In this document: positions 24,296 to 35,919 of the stretch, in pieces
Numbering within the stretch: position 1 is the stretch's first letter
Layout: each line of letters begins with the position of its first letter
Origin: Mizuhopecten yessoensis
Taxonomy: Eukaryota
DNA length: 64,000 nucleotides
NCBI RefSeq assembly: GCF_002113885.1
Contig: NW_018408491.1
Location: 190,061 to 254,060 of the forward strand
Direction of reading: 5' to 3'
Program-made: the position numbers and the translations under genes
Notes under the pieces: generated by a model
The model's database searches: none
What the model saw: the letters and a program-made list of their open reading frames with translations, nothing else
What the model was told of the DNA's origin: nothing

Positions 24296-25439
24296 CAGAA
24301 ACTTTGCTTTGATGATTCACACTAGCATTGCAATTCCTCAATTAAAATATTTAAATATATATATAAGGATCATTTTTCTGATTTATAACATATATATTTA
24401 TATACATATATATAATGAATAGTACATTTAACAATAGAGTCTATCATATTTAGGCATGTTGATTTGGATATTGTACCCTAGGTTGTAAATTTCGGGTAGG
24501 AACAGAGTCTTTGCCGAATTTCTGACACCAAATGCTGCATCCAAGGGAGGAATTTCTAAATTCAACATACCTAAATTATGATCAATCCTTTTCTCTTACA
24601 TCTCAACCAAACTTTGGGTAAAATATGACATACACAATTCCAATGCAACACTTGATATAGCTAAATTTCTAGAACACTATTAACACAAACTAAAGCACTC
24701 TTTGGAAAGATCAGAAAAGAGAACTCAAATATCCATGCAAGAACTTCAGGGCAAGCTTATGCAGTAAATCTGATGTTCCTGAGGTGTCACACATAAGTAT
24801 TTGGTATCGGACACGTATATCTTACTTGCGTAGATGTTGTAGAATGAAACGTAAAAAATATGAAAAGAATACCACACCGTTAAACAAAAGGAGAAAGATC
24901 ACTATGAAAGGACCGGACCGCACACCACAAAGGCCTTGTAAACATAATATTACTTATATTTGACCTAGATTGACATGGCGGTAGTCATCTCAGAAACAAA
25001 AGAAGCTTACCCTTCTAGAACACTTGGTCCGTTTTATTCTTGTACTTTTCAAATGCCTTCTTTTGAATATTCAATTTGTTCAAATTTTGCGATTTATTTT
25101 GTCTACACTTTGTTATTTTAACCCTTTTTATTTATTCAATCTATATATATATGTTATAATATTTTTAAAGTTGTCGTAGGGTCAAATCCTCATAATAAAC
25201 ACTGTTTATTGTTCTGAGATTTCTCAGTTTATGAGGTACAATTAATCTAAGCTTTTCATAAGCGTGTGACTTTAAATGTTACGGAGACATAAGGTAGTAA
25301 ACATCTTTATTAAAATTAGAAGTTTTAAACAGTGTCGTGGTTACACATTTTATTTGTAAACGATTACGTGTGCTCGGTTTCAATATACTGTATTTACCTG
25401 ACTAGGTAATAACGCCGATTTGGTTGACAGATCATTGTA

Positions 25440-26025
25440 GTTATTCAAAATTAATTTGCCGCAGTTTCAATTACATTCTGTTTCTCACACTCGGTATCTT
25501 TGTTTTTTGGAAGCTGGTAAAAATCTCTGAGTATGTATGATGCAGTTTCTTTGAAGGTTACAATGTTTGCACTACTGTTGATTCCTGTGATTATGACCTA
25601 AGGTCCAAAGTGTTCCTTTAGTTTAGATTTTATGTAAACTGTACTATATGCATCTTCTCCAACAATGGCTCTCATCCTTTCCACGAGGTCGCAAATAGAC
25701 AGTAAATCTGTTTATGCAGGCACTTCACAACCGTCAGGAAAGCGTCAGCTTGGCAATCATTCTTTGGTCTTTCACAAGATTTTCTCTGCTGCTTGGTTGG
25801 AGTAAATGCTACTGGGATATGTTTATGTGTACGGAAATTCACGCTACACAGTTGATGGTATACAGCATCAGCAGCCGGTAAGTCTCTGATAAATTCGAGG
25901 CGTCTTTTAACATCATTTGCCCATTGGTCTTTTCTGTGCTCACACACTTGCTCCACGGTCTTCTGTAATTCCAGAGAGCTCACAGGATAAACATCTTGAC
26001 CTCCTTTCTTATAAGAATGTAAAGA
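25440..26025 (-). pseudogene. Decayed transposon-like ORF fragment (DLPAADAVYHQLCSVNFR motif)
   Basis: The DLxAAxAxYHxxC motif resembles large repeat-encoded proteins of invertebrate genomes (from recall). After a frameshift the reading continues with stops (YSTVYIKSKLKEHFGP*VIITG...). The 5' end abuts a MITE. Confidence 0.55.
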
Positions 26026-26036
26026 CAAAAAAAATC

Positions 26037-26365
26037 ATGAGAAGCATTGCATGTATTCATGAAATATTATATCATTAAATAGTTTTTCAAAATATCATTA
26101 CTTATATTTTCTGATTCAAATCGATTCACTGATATCAAACAATCGATTCACTGATATCATATAATCGATTCCATGATATCATAAAAATGATTCATTGATA
26201 TTATATAATCGATTCACTGAAATCATACAATCGATTCACTGATATCAAACAATCGATTCACTGATATCATATAATCGATTCACTGATATCAAACAATCGA
26301 TTCACTGATATCATACGATAGATTTAATGATATTACATTTTATGAATACATGCAATGCTTCTTAT
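26037..26365. mobile_element. MITE with ~40-bp imperfect TIRs and an internal 22-bp tandem array
   Basis: GAAGCATTGCATGTATTCAT (26041-26060) is the exact reverse complement of 26342-26361. About 9 units of ATCGATTCACTGATATCA(A/T)A(C/T)A lie inside. Confidence 0.85.
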
Positions 26366-26409
26366 TAAAAACTATTCTATTTTAGGAGTGAGTGAGTGAG
26401 TACTCGAGA

Positions 26410-26745
26410 ACTGGGGTTTAACGTCTTCCTAACAACCAGGATCATATGCCGACGGTATTATTGATGCATGATACTTGTAGTATACATGTGCTTTGGACTG
26501 CTTGTCATGGCGCGATTTCAGGCCGTCTTTATAGTGCCAGCTCACTGTAAGAACAGTGACGCATGTACCCCACCCAGACACATTATACTGATTCAAGTCA
26601 GGCTAGTCGTTGCGCTATCCCCTTAATGACAACAGTTTTGCAGGGATGCCACAACTACCAAATTTATGTCTTTGGTATAACATTGTACGCGTCCGGGATT
26701 GAACCCCACCCCCCACCCCTCCGACTCAGAAGCGAACGCTATCTT
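26410..26745 (-). mobile_element. Diverged tRNA-derived SINE (Meta-like)
   Basis: Contains GGGTTTAACGTC (tail), CACATTATACTGA, GTCTTTGGTAT and CGGGATTGAACCC (B box). Confidence 0.65.
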
Positions 26746-27604
26746 TTTTTTAGGAAAATGACCACATGTACTATATAAATTATCAAATGATATCACAAAA
26801 TCGAATTCATTATATCATGAAAAAATCACGTAGAACAAGCAATTTTCATGTTTTTAATACAAAAAATATAAACTGCGATTTTTCAATTTCATCGTTATAT
26901 TGCAGGTGTGGGCTTCCATAGTTTTTTTTCTCGGTCAAATTGCCGTTCAATAGACAAGCAAATATTTTGTCTAATGTGTAAAACAAAACATTTTCTATAA
27001 ATTCAGGTGAACACTGCCTTCCCAGTAGTTTGAAATCAGCAAATATTCAAATACCAAACGATTCTTACACTGCCCTGGTATATTTATGAATATGACTGTA
27101 TGCTGTCGAGCAATGACGTAGCACTAGCAGACGACGGAAAATGTAAATTCGTAACGGATCAAAATGTTCATGTTTTGATCATACATAAGCATCTATATAT
27201 GATGTATCTATTAGTTCACTGACCATTAGTAGTGAAACAATCCGCGGAAAAAGATGTACGCTGAAAATAACGGCGTTCTTCTGTTTATCTCATTTCACCA
27301 TAGTTCGTGTATTACCTCCCCTAAGGAACTCTTTCGTGTGACGTTGGCCCGTACAGGCCATACATTCATTTGCTAAATCAACAATTTTCATCACAAAATT
27401 TGAATATTTCCCATCGTTAGAATTTTCTAGATTTTTTATATGTTGTTTAAACACGTCTCTTATATATTCTCAACTAATAATATTTTCTGTTGCAATTGGT
27501 TTGAGGTGAAACCATAGAATGACTAGACTATTAGGATCATGAGGTATAATCAACTTATAATTGTGGTTAAATGATAAATTCTAGGTGTTGGGAAATGGGA
27601 GGGT

Positions 27605-28337
27605 GCTTATTAAGATGACTAAACTTCACTGGGTGTACCTACATGTGGAGTGGGATGTGTAGTATAGCCTTTTACAGGTCGGGTTACTGTAAGCATTGGT
27701 AGCTTAATTATTGAGGTGTTGTGTGAAAAGTGTAATGTGTAAAGCAATGCTATCTTCATTATACAGCGTTTCGTGTTCAGTGACATGTTACCATTGTCAA
27801 CTTTATTACATTGGTACATGTGAGTAATGTGAACCTTAAATCAAAGTAAATTCTATCTCTGTGAAGGGAGATTTAGACCGGTTATGGAGTAAAGGTGAAG
27901 CTAAACTACTATTTATATTGCTGCATGACTTCCTTCCATTGCATAAAACTTAAACGGGTTTGTCTCTATGTGTGGCCTTTCATGCTAAATATAGCTTTAT
28001 GTCATTCTTTTATAAACTGTATTCTTATTACATGCGTGGTTAAGATGTTGGATTTTCCAGAGTAATATTCACTTCCTGTTACACCTTTTACAGTATAGCA
28101 AATGCACTGTATGGTTTATATTTTTAAATGTAGTTTCCTTTCAATACGTTACGTGTCTACTTAATAGCCACCGACAGTGTATGATGACTGGTTCTGTGTA
28201 ATATGTATACGTAGCGCATTTCCTTACACTAGCATAAAAATATCATACATGAAGTGTTGAAGACCTCTATTGCCCTAGTTATCTGGCGAACAATTCAGGA
28301 TACTGACTCAATTGTTTTTCTTCAGTACAAGGTAAGT
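27605..28337 (+). promoter_or_regulatory. Promoter region and non-coding first exon of otopetrin copy D, donor at 28332
   Basis: CATAAAAA (TATA-like) at 28233 and CAAG|GTAAGT followed by (AT)n. The acceptor TTTTTCAG is at 30066-30073. The region is conserved with 16255-16860. Confidence 0.6.
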
Positions 28338-30103
28338 TGGGGTAAGTTATATATATATATATATATATATATGATTCATTTTATAGTTTCACAAATTTCA
28401 AAAATAATAATAAGAAAATGTTTCCGTTAATTGTCAAATTGAGAAGAATAGTTAAAAGCAAATTGTAATTGATTTATTCATGACACAAAACTAAAATTGA
28501 AATCATTTTAAGAAAGTTTACTTTATATAGATTTTACCGTAACGGTCCATAACTCTACTCTTGCTTTGATATCAAGCTTTAGTACACACATACTTAAGAA
28601 TCCCGTGCAGTCGTTTGTCAATCAACCAATTTGACAGAACCTCTGAACGAGGTTTAAGACAATCACAGAAATGCAAAATCGACAGTCAAATTACAAAATC
28701 TTTTCATCGACGATGATATTTAAAAACACTCAAAAATGCTCCTATTTACTGTATTGTATTCCTGGCGTATATTACCTGTATTACAGTGATTGTGTATACA
28801 CAATGTAAACTATATGTACGAAAGCGAGGTAAACGTGATTGATATAAGATATGCTTGTGTCGAATATTGATGGTATTTGTAAAATGTTTCAGGACATGCA
28901 CCAGGAAGATCTATCATTGGGAGACTGTCCCATAAATGACATCTGTAAAGCAAGGATTCAATGTGTTAGTTTTGTAACTTGAGTTTGAATTACTGAAATT
29001 AGTAAAAAAAAAAAAAAAAAAAGTAAACACATCAATATTAGAAATACCTAGAGCTACACGGAACAAAAATTTACAAACACATTTACCAAGCTGTGCTCTT
29101 AATAGCAATGTAAAACTTAGTAATAAGAAATGAAAATAATTTCAAACATTTCCTATATTTTAAAATATTGAAAATAACGAAAAACATTTTTCAATAAACG
29201 AACTCTCTTTATCTTAAAAAGACCACTTTTAATCATATGAGAAGTCCGTACTCGTAAACATGCATACTCCTTCAATGAGTACTCGTCTCAGCTTCACCGT
29301 CACTAAGTAGAGTACTCCTAACGACTGAATGCTGTTCTAGCTGCAGTCGAGTACCGAACACTTTCTCGGACACTTCCTAAGTGAGCCGGCTCAATGATAA
29401 GGTACATTATGTCATACTCACGAAGAGCCAACATACATACGGGAGAATTGAAGCCTTACACGGGCACATCTACTTTCGTGTCTGTTCTACAGTAAAGTGA
29501 GTTAACACCCTCATTCTTATTAAAACATTTCTATACTCTTAATATATCATTTAACTTTTTGTCCTCCAAGACCTATGGCCCCAAATACTTGTGATAAGTC
29601 CGCTGACTTCGGTCGTCTGCCTTTCAAGATTACCCAACAAAGCAATTTCCGAGTAGTGTTAATAGAACTTTATCCAGAACTCTTGATAAACATTCACTCT
29701 GAAATGGTATATTTGACTGCCGTGTTAGTCGATGACTGGGTGTGGGACGGTTCACTAAGAGACTGTATTTTGCTGTGTATTATTATGTGCTGACACTGTG
29801 ATATTTGTCATACTTTATACCTTAATTATTATAATTAGATGCATTGAATTTGGAGGTAGATTCATACATTTCTTCATATATTCCGTTTTTAACAAAAACA
29901 GCTATATCTGTCACTACCTATATACTATTTAGAGGACAAATAATATGTTCAAATGGGGGAAAATTCGTCATATAAGCTTACGAAATAGTTTCGTATTTCA
30001 ACGTTGTATTAAATACATATCAAGAAATACTGAAAAGATACCTTTTTATATCAGATCTTATGTAATTTTTCAGTGTCCATCAACCGAACGGTTTTCTATC
30101 GGA

Positions 30104-31720
30104 ATGGGGAATTTCTGTAGCGAGCTGATCACATCAGTTATGGTTCTACCAATCACGGCGGGGTACTACCGGAGGCGACAGAATGGTTCCGGGTACTATG
30201 ATGTTACCATATCGTCCATGGTTTTCTTCATTGTTTTCCTTTCTATTGTCATCGTATTTACAGTCAGCCAGGATATTGATATTGAGCAAGACAAGCGTCT
30301 AGCGATCGTGTTTTTGCTACTATCGACAATCATGATCTTTGGAATGATTGCATGTGTAGCTCTTGTATGTGTTATCAAAAAGCTTGGTGTTGAGTATGTC
30401 GTGTCAAGCAGACGACAAGGGAGCGTCATCAAACTACAGTTAATCTTCCTGTCGATTTTCGGATTACTGGCTGGCTTGTTTTCAGCTCTCCTCGTGGGAC
30501 AACAAATCGAATGTGGGGTGTTTAGCCCCAATATCGTTGGGATTCGTGGATTTTTCTGGGATAACAGATGTATTTTCAATATTATTACAATGCTATTTTT
30601 GGTCGTTGAGATGCTTTTCATTAGTTATTTTGCTCGGTTCCACCTGAAGCGATCTACATCCGTCCGTTATGTGTTATTTTTACTGGTGTGTGCAAATGTT
30701 TCCGTATGGTTGCATAGCGTCATTATTAACAACGAACCTTTCCCTGAGAGAATTCTAGACAGAGAGTTCGGCAACAAAAGTAAAATACCTGCCTGTCTGC
30801 AAAAAGCGACTTTTGGAAACCTTATCAATATTTCGCAACCGATACTAAAACCTTGTTTTCTGGAGTTCTGCCTATTGTCTATCACGATGCTTTTAGAGAT
30901 GTGGTCCCCAATTACGATACAGCAAACGTCTGAGGAGGAGCTGCCAATTTACCAAGAAATGGTTGACTCGTCCTATCATGTGAATGAAACAGAACGGGCA
31001 ACGCTTCTAGAACACACAGAATTTACTGAGAGCATCTTATCTGGAGGACACACCAACCAAAAGGTCTATCAACTCGTCAGCTTTTTTGTGAGTATTATCA
31101 TCGGACTAGTATTTATTACTTTTTATGTCATCTGGGTTTCACATCCAGATAGTTCTCAGATTCGTAAAGCGACGGATCAGTACTATGCAAGTATAACTGT
31201 TGCCATGATTGTGGCAGTTTTTGTAGGATTTTACTGTCTAGTTCACTATTGTAAGCCGGAAAGAACGCCTAAACCTCTTAAGGTCAGCGAGTACGTGTAT
31301 CTGTCGTCTGCTCTCGGGATTGTCATGCTGCACGTCTGCGAGGTATTATCGGCATATATAACTCCTGATGACACCAAAGATATATTAATGAGTACGTACA
31401 TTCTGGCACTCGTGCAGGTCTACCTTCAAGTTGTTTTTTTGCTACACGCCAGCCGATGTCGAAAAACTGTCACAAATTCTAGAATCCATCTCCTAGAATG
31501 TGTACTGATATTTCTTATCATTATTAACTTGACTATATGGATAAGTGACAGTTTCGTTATTGAACAGTTTGTTGAGATCAAAGCTATTGAACAAGATATT
31601 CTTGGAGACGTTCTTTGGAGTCTTTATCATAACATTCTCTTACCTGCTAGCGTTTTCTTCAGATTTTCGTCGGCACTCGAGATGTTTGCAACGTTTCAGT
31701 TGCATAGTGCCAGGCACTGA
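30104..31720 (+). CDS. Otopetrin-family proton channel-like protein, copy D (538 aa, most divergent paralog)
   Basis: Motifs AGYYRRRQNG, IEC, CAN.SVW, PCFLEF..L...LEMWS, QVYLQV.FL.A, INL..W..DSF and P..VFFRFSS. The start is reassigned from 29945 to 30104 based on the splice acceptor and the paralog N-termini. Confidence 0.88.
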   Translation: MGNFCSELITSVMVLPITAGYYRRRQNGSGYYDVTISSMVFFIVFLSIVIVFTVSQDIDIEQDKRLAIVFLLLSTIMIFGMIACVALVCVIKKLGVEYVVSSRRQGSVIKLQLIFLSIFGLLAGLFSALLVGQQIECGVFSPNIVGIRGFFWDNRCIFNIITMLFLVVEMLFISYFARFHLKRSTSVRYVLFLLVCANVSVWLHSVIINNEPFPERILDREFGNKSKIPACLQKATFGNLINISQPILKPCFLEFCLLSITMLLEMWSPITIQQTSEEELPIYQEMVDSSYHVNETERATLLEHTEFTESILSGGHTNQKVYQLVSFFVSIIIGLVFITFYVIWVSHPDSSQIRKATDQYYASITVAMIVAVFVGFYCLVHYCKPERTPKPLKVSEYVYLSSALGIVMLHVCEVLSAYITPDDTKDILMSTYILALVQVYLQVVFLLHASRCRKTVTNSRIHLLECVLIFLIIINLTIWISDSFVIEQFVEIKAIEQDILGDVLWSLYHNILLPASVFFRFSSALEMFATFQLHSARH

Positions 31721-31914
31721 GTTGCCATTGTGTATGCAACTAATTGCCTAGATGTTTATTGTTACTATAAACTATATATTTAGAGGACGGAAATGCCATA
31801 TGGTGATGGAAAATGTTAGCTTTTTTTGCTTTTTACATGTACACTTTTAAAACGTGCTTCCTACTTCGCTGTTTAAGTAACTATGATTTTGAAATATGAT
31901 GATTATGAAAGCTT

Positions 31915-32800
31915 GTGTTATGTTTTGTTTGTGTATGTTGACGCTGTGTTATATTTTGTTTGTGTATGTTTACGCTGTGTTATTTTTCGTTTTGGTATGT
32001 TGACTCGGTGTTATGTTTTGTTTTTGTATGTTGACGCTGTGTTATGTTTTGTTTTGTATGTTGACGCTGTGGTATGTTTTGATTGTGTATGTTGACGCTG
32101 TGTTATGTTTTGTTTTGGTATGTTGACGCTGTGGTATGTTTTGATTGTGTATGTTGACGCTGTGTTATGTTGTTTTGTTTTGGGATGTTGACGCTATGGT
32201 TTTGTTTTTGTATGTTGACGCTGTGTTATGTTTTGTTTTGTATGAAGACGCTGTGTTATGTTTTGTTTATGTATGAAGACGCTGTGTTATGTTTTGTTTT
32301 GGTATGTTGATGCTGTGTTATGTTTTGTATGTTGACGCTGTGTTATATTTTGTTTTGGTATGTTGACGGTGTGTTATGTTTTGTTTTGTATGTTGACGCT
32401 GTGTTATGTTTTGTTTTGTAAGTTGACGCTGTGTTAATTTTTGTTTTGTATGTTGAAGCTGTGTTATGTTTTGTTTTGTATGTTGACGCTGTGTTATGTT
32501 TTGTTTTGGGATGTTGACGCTATGTTATGTTTTGTTTTGTATGTTGACGCTGTGTTATGTTTTGTTTTGGTATGTTGACGCTGTGTTATGTTGTTTTTTT
32601 TGTATGTTGACGCTGTGTTATGCTTTGTTTTGGTATGTTGACGATGTGTTATGATTTGTTTTTGTATGTTGACGCTTTGTTTTGTTTTGGTATGTTGACG
32701 CTGTGTTATGCTTTGTTTTGGGATGTTGACGCTGTGTTATGCTTTGTTTTTGTACGTTGACGCTGTGTTATGTTTTGTTTTTGTATGCTGATGCTGTGGT
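31915..32800. repeat. TG-rich 30-32-bp minisatellite (~28 copies), TATGTTGACGCTGTGTTATGTTTTGTTTTG
   Basis: Directly visible. It lies between the copy D stop and the first AATAAA I can find (32916-32921). Confidence 0.95.
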
Positions 32801-33336
32801 TTTCCTTCTATTTGAAGGCAGTTTATTAATATAAGCTTTAATGTTGTTTCCATATCATGTTTCTATTTTTTCTTCTGTAAATTTGAGCAAATTGTGTGCA
32901 AATTATAAGACATAAAATAAAGTTTACACGAAATAAGGATGAGAGCGTTAACTCAATTTACTGAAAAACAAATACGGAAGTAGATGTTCCCGTGCAAGGC
33001 TTCAATTGGCTCTTATCATATTATGAAATAATGTACCATAACATTAAGCCTGCTCACTTGGCATGTGAAGGTGTTTGCGAACATTTGGCACTTGACTATA
33101 GGCATGAGAGCACTCAATCTACTACGCAACGATGCAAATGAGTTGAGTCCTCCTTATACGAGAATAACTTACTATAGATACGGAGGTAGATGGTCCAGAG
33201 TTTCTCCAATACGTTGGCTCTGTCTTATATGTACATCACTTTACAAAATAATGCACCTCATCATTGAGCTTGCTCACTTGTCATGGGCGCATTCGGTACT
33301 CGCCTTAATCAAAGTAGAACACACATCCCATCATGT

Positions 33337-33434
33337 CAATCTGATTAAAATCATATGTTACATGGCTTCGTTCACTTCGTACTACGCCTGAACGTTCAGG
33401 CGGAGCCATGTAACATATGATTTTAATCAGATTG
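33337..33434. mobile_element. 98-bp miniature inverted-repeat element with perfect 31-bp TIRs and a 9-10-bp target-site duplication
   Basis: CAATCTGATTAAAATCATATGTTACATGGCT and its exact reverse complement form the two ends. The flanks are CCCATCATGT and TCCATCATGT. Confidence 0.88.
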
Positions 33435-34681
33435 TCCATCATGTATGATTACAAAGAGGGACCACTTATATGATTATAAATATTATTTTTGAGATAAAAA
33501 GTATGTGTTTAATGAAATGGGATTATTTCCTGATTTCACTTTGATTACTGAGTTTTTAAATATAGGCGTCCTCGGGTAATATATGAAAAATGTTGCATTT
33601 ATTATTACTTAAGTTTACATTGATATTAAGAGCACAGCTTGGTTACCTGTCTTTGTAAATTTATAATATTGATGTTTTTACCTTCTTTTTTTTTTACTTA
33701 TTTCAGTAATATGATCAATAACTGAAGTAACAAACTAACACATTTAATCCTTACTTTACCGATACCTTTTTATTGGACAGTCTCCCACTATTTGATCTTC
33801 CTGGTTCATGCCAAAAATAATATTTTACAAATACCTAGCTTTTGTACAGATAGTTGACATTGTTCACACACAATCACTACATTGCAGGTAAAGTACACAA
33901 GGTATGCAGTACAGCAATTAACACAAAGTGTGTATATTTTTAAACATTTTCGTCGATGAATAGCTTTTGTTATATGACTCTCAGTTTTGCTGTTCTGTGA
34001 TTGGCTGCAACCTCGTTCAGAGGTGCTGACAAATAGAATGATTGCGGAACATCTGCACGAGAGGATTAGATACTTCACTACCGCGGCCTTATAACAATTA
34101 TTTTTGTTAAATGAATAAACGAGTTACAATTTATTCAAATCATGTTTGTTTGTTTGTTTGTTGTGTAATATTACATTTAGCGATTTTCAATTTAAACAAA
34201 AAAGATATTTTGCGGAGGCCATAGGTATGTGTGGCCCCGTCTGTGTAATGTCAATGTACGGGGCAACTATTGTAAAATGAATAAAGGTTAATTATTTTGT
34301 TTCGTGTATTTGTGTTGTGGTATATTTGCCCTATATTTATTGACACTGTGTTAAATTGTCCTTTGTATATTGACGTTGTGGTATATTTTCCTTTATATTG
34401 ATGTTATGGTATATGTGCCGCTCTGTATTGACAATGTGATACATTTTATATTTTTGTTGTTAATGTACTGGCGCATTTATATCCAAAATCCTTAATTTAC
34501 GCAATTGGTTATAATTCGTTAGTCTTGCCAATAAAAAAATAAATAAAAAAATGAATTCAGCTTTTAAAATAGCACTTTTATTTATGGAAAACAGAAGCAA
34601 TAAATAACAACGGATGAGAGGAACTATAAAGCTTGATCCGGAATCCGGACCGGAGAGGATTTCTTATTTGTAAGGACGTAA

Positions 34682-34728
34682 TCAGTTCTTGTTCAGTAGG
34701 TAAAGTCCGGCTCCAGCCAATGCGAGTG
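34682..34728 (-). CDS. Terminal coding exon of the secreted Gly/Pro/Tyr/Asn-rich protein (..SLALAGAGLYLLNKN*)
   Basis: Long pyrimidine tract plus TTTTTCAG|. It is phase-1 compatible with the GTAAGT donor at 35295, and AATAAA lies at 34582-34577. Confidence 0.7.
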
Positions 34729-35295
34729 CTGAAAAATACAAAAAAAAATATATAAATAAAAGCCACATCTATGTATCTATAATATACAGGTGTTTTTTCA
34801 TGATTATAACTTTCTTTGTCTTATGTTCCTACATCTGAAATTCAAATTATTATTTCACAATTTTTTATTATAAGAATAATGATGATCTACCAAAAGCATT
34901 CCATTGCTTGCCAAATTACTAATAACATGAATACAGTTGTTTTTCAATGCGTACGATAAGGTTCTGTTTTTGAACCCAAAGGAGCCTGAAATTCTGTCAA
35001 AAAAATGATTATAACAGTGCTCCGGTGCTTGAACCGTACACATATCTGAATCAGCAACTCTTAGTCTACGGCAGTACCAGGAACAATCATACTACCAAAC
35101 TCACTGAATTTGGCCAGCAAGTAAGGAAGTTATTAGGCCTCAAAATTGTTTGATGAAATATTGTCACTTTTTTTCTGTACGAATATTTCATGCTACATAA
35201 TGTACACAAAAGAGTTAAACTTGTCCAGATTAACAAGATTTAAGCATACAGTTACAAAGAAATATATATGAATGGTATTTTTTAGATTTACTTAC

Positions 35296-35764
35296 ATTGC
35301 CAATTCTTTTTAACGAATTCGCCTCCTCTACCGACTAAGTAATCCAAGGTTTCTGGTACGCCTGGTCGAGGGTCAACATAATAGGGGTCAAATCCGCCGG
35401 AAAATCCCATGACGCTTTCTCCATATCCATGATAAGGACGTGGCATTACTGGAGGATACTGTCCACCTGGAGCTCCGACATTCGGACTACCATAACCATT
35501 GAACCGTTTACCACCGTAGTTGTGATTTACAATTTTCTTTGGACCATTGAACATGGGAGCTGGTTTGTGAGCTTGGTACTGGAAGAAGTTTCCCGCCAAA
35601 TGGATGTTGTTAGGATACAGTCCAATAGCACCGTGTCGGTGTAATGAGGGTTCGCTGTTCCAGAATTGGTTCACTGGTCCCTTGTTCCCGCCATTACCGT
35701 AACCATCGCCGAAAACTGCCACGCAAAAACAGGCGAATACTCCGATAGCCAAAATATTTTTCAT
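35296..35764 (-). CDS. Main coding exon of a secreted low-complexity Gly/Pro/Tyr/Asn-rich protein (171 aa if spliced, 158 aa if read through to 35288)
   Basis: Signal peptide MKNILAIGVFACFCVAVFG|D, GC content above the flanks, GYG/NGG/YPP motifs, and upstream TATA and CCAAT boxes. Confidence 0.85.
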
Positions 35765-35883
35765 ATTTCTGCAGTGATATGAAAAGAAATAAATATAATC
35801 CAAATGGTTAGCGTTAACTGTTACTACTACTCAGTGGAACTATGAGCCGATGTGTTCTGCTGGTGTTGACATTGCAGAATGTC

Positions 35884-35919
35884 TATTTATACAAATTTGG
35901 TAGAATTGGATTGACCAAT
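35884..35919 (-). promoter_or_regulatory. TATA box plus two CCAAT boxes of the secreted-protein gene
   Basis: TATAAATA at 35891-35884, CCAAT at 35909-35905 (minus strand) and at 35915-35919 (plus strand). Confidence 0.7.

Noticed and set aside
24970-25035. Penelope-like repeat fragments (also 60130-60190) as hammerhead ribozyme carriers
   Set aside because: The GCTTACCCTT-containing fragments are short and decayed, and I found no CTGANGA...GAAA core with supporting stems.
29945-30103. 53-aa N-terminal extension of otopetrin D
   Set aside because: It spans intron sequence and the acceptor at 30073. The paralog-aligned start is 30104.
30196-30885. Antisense ORFs over otopetrin D, and similar shadow ORFs over A, B and C
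   Set aside because: They are by-products of the codon bias of hydrophobic membrane-protein CDSs, with no independent signals.
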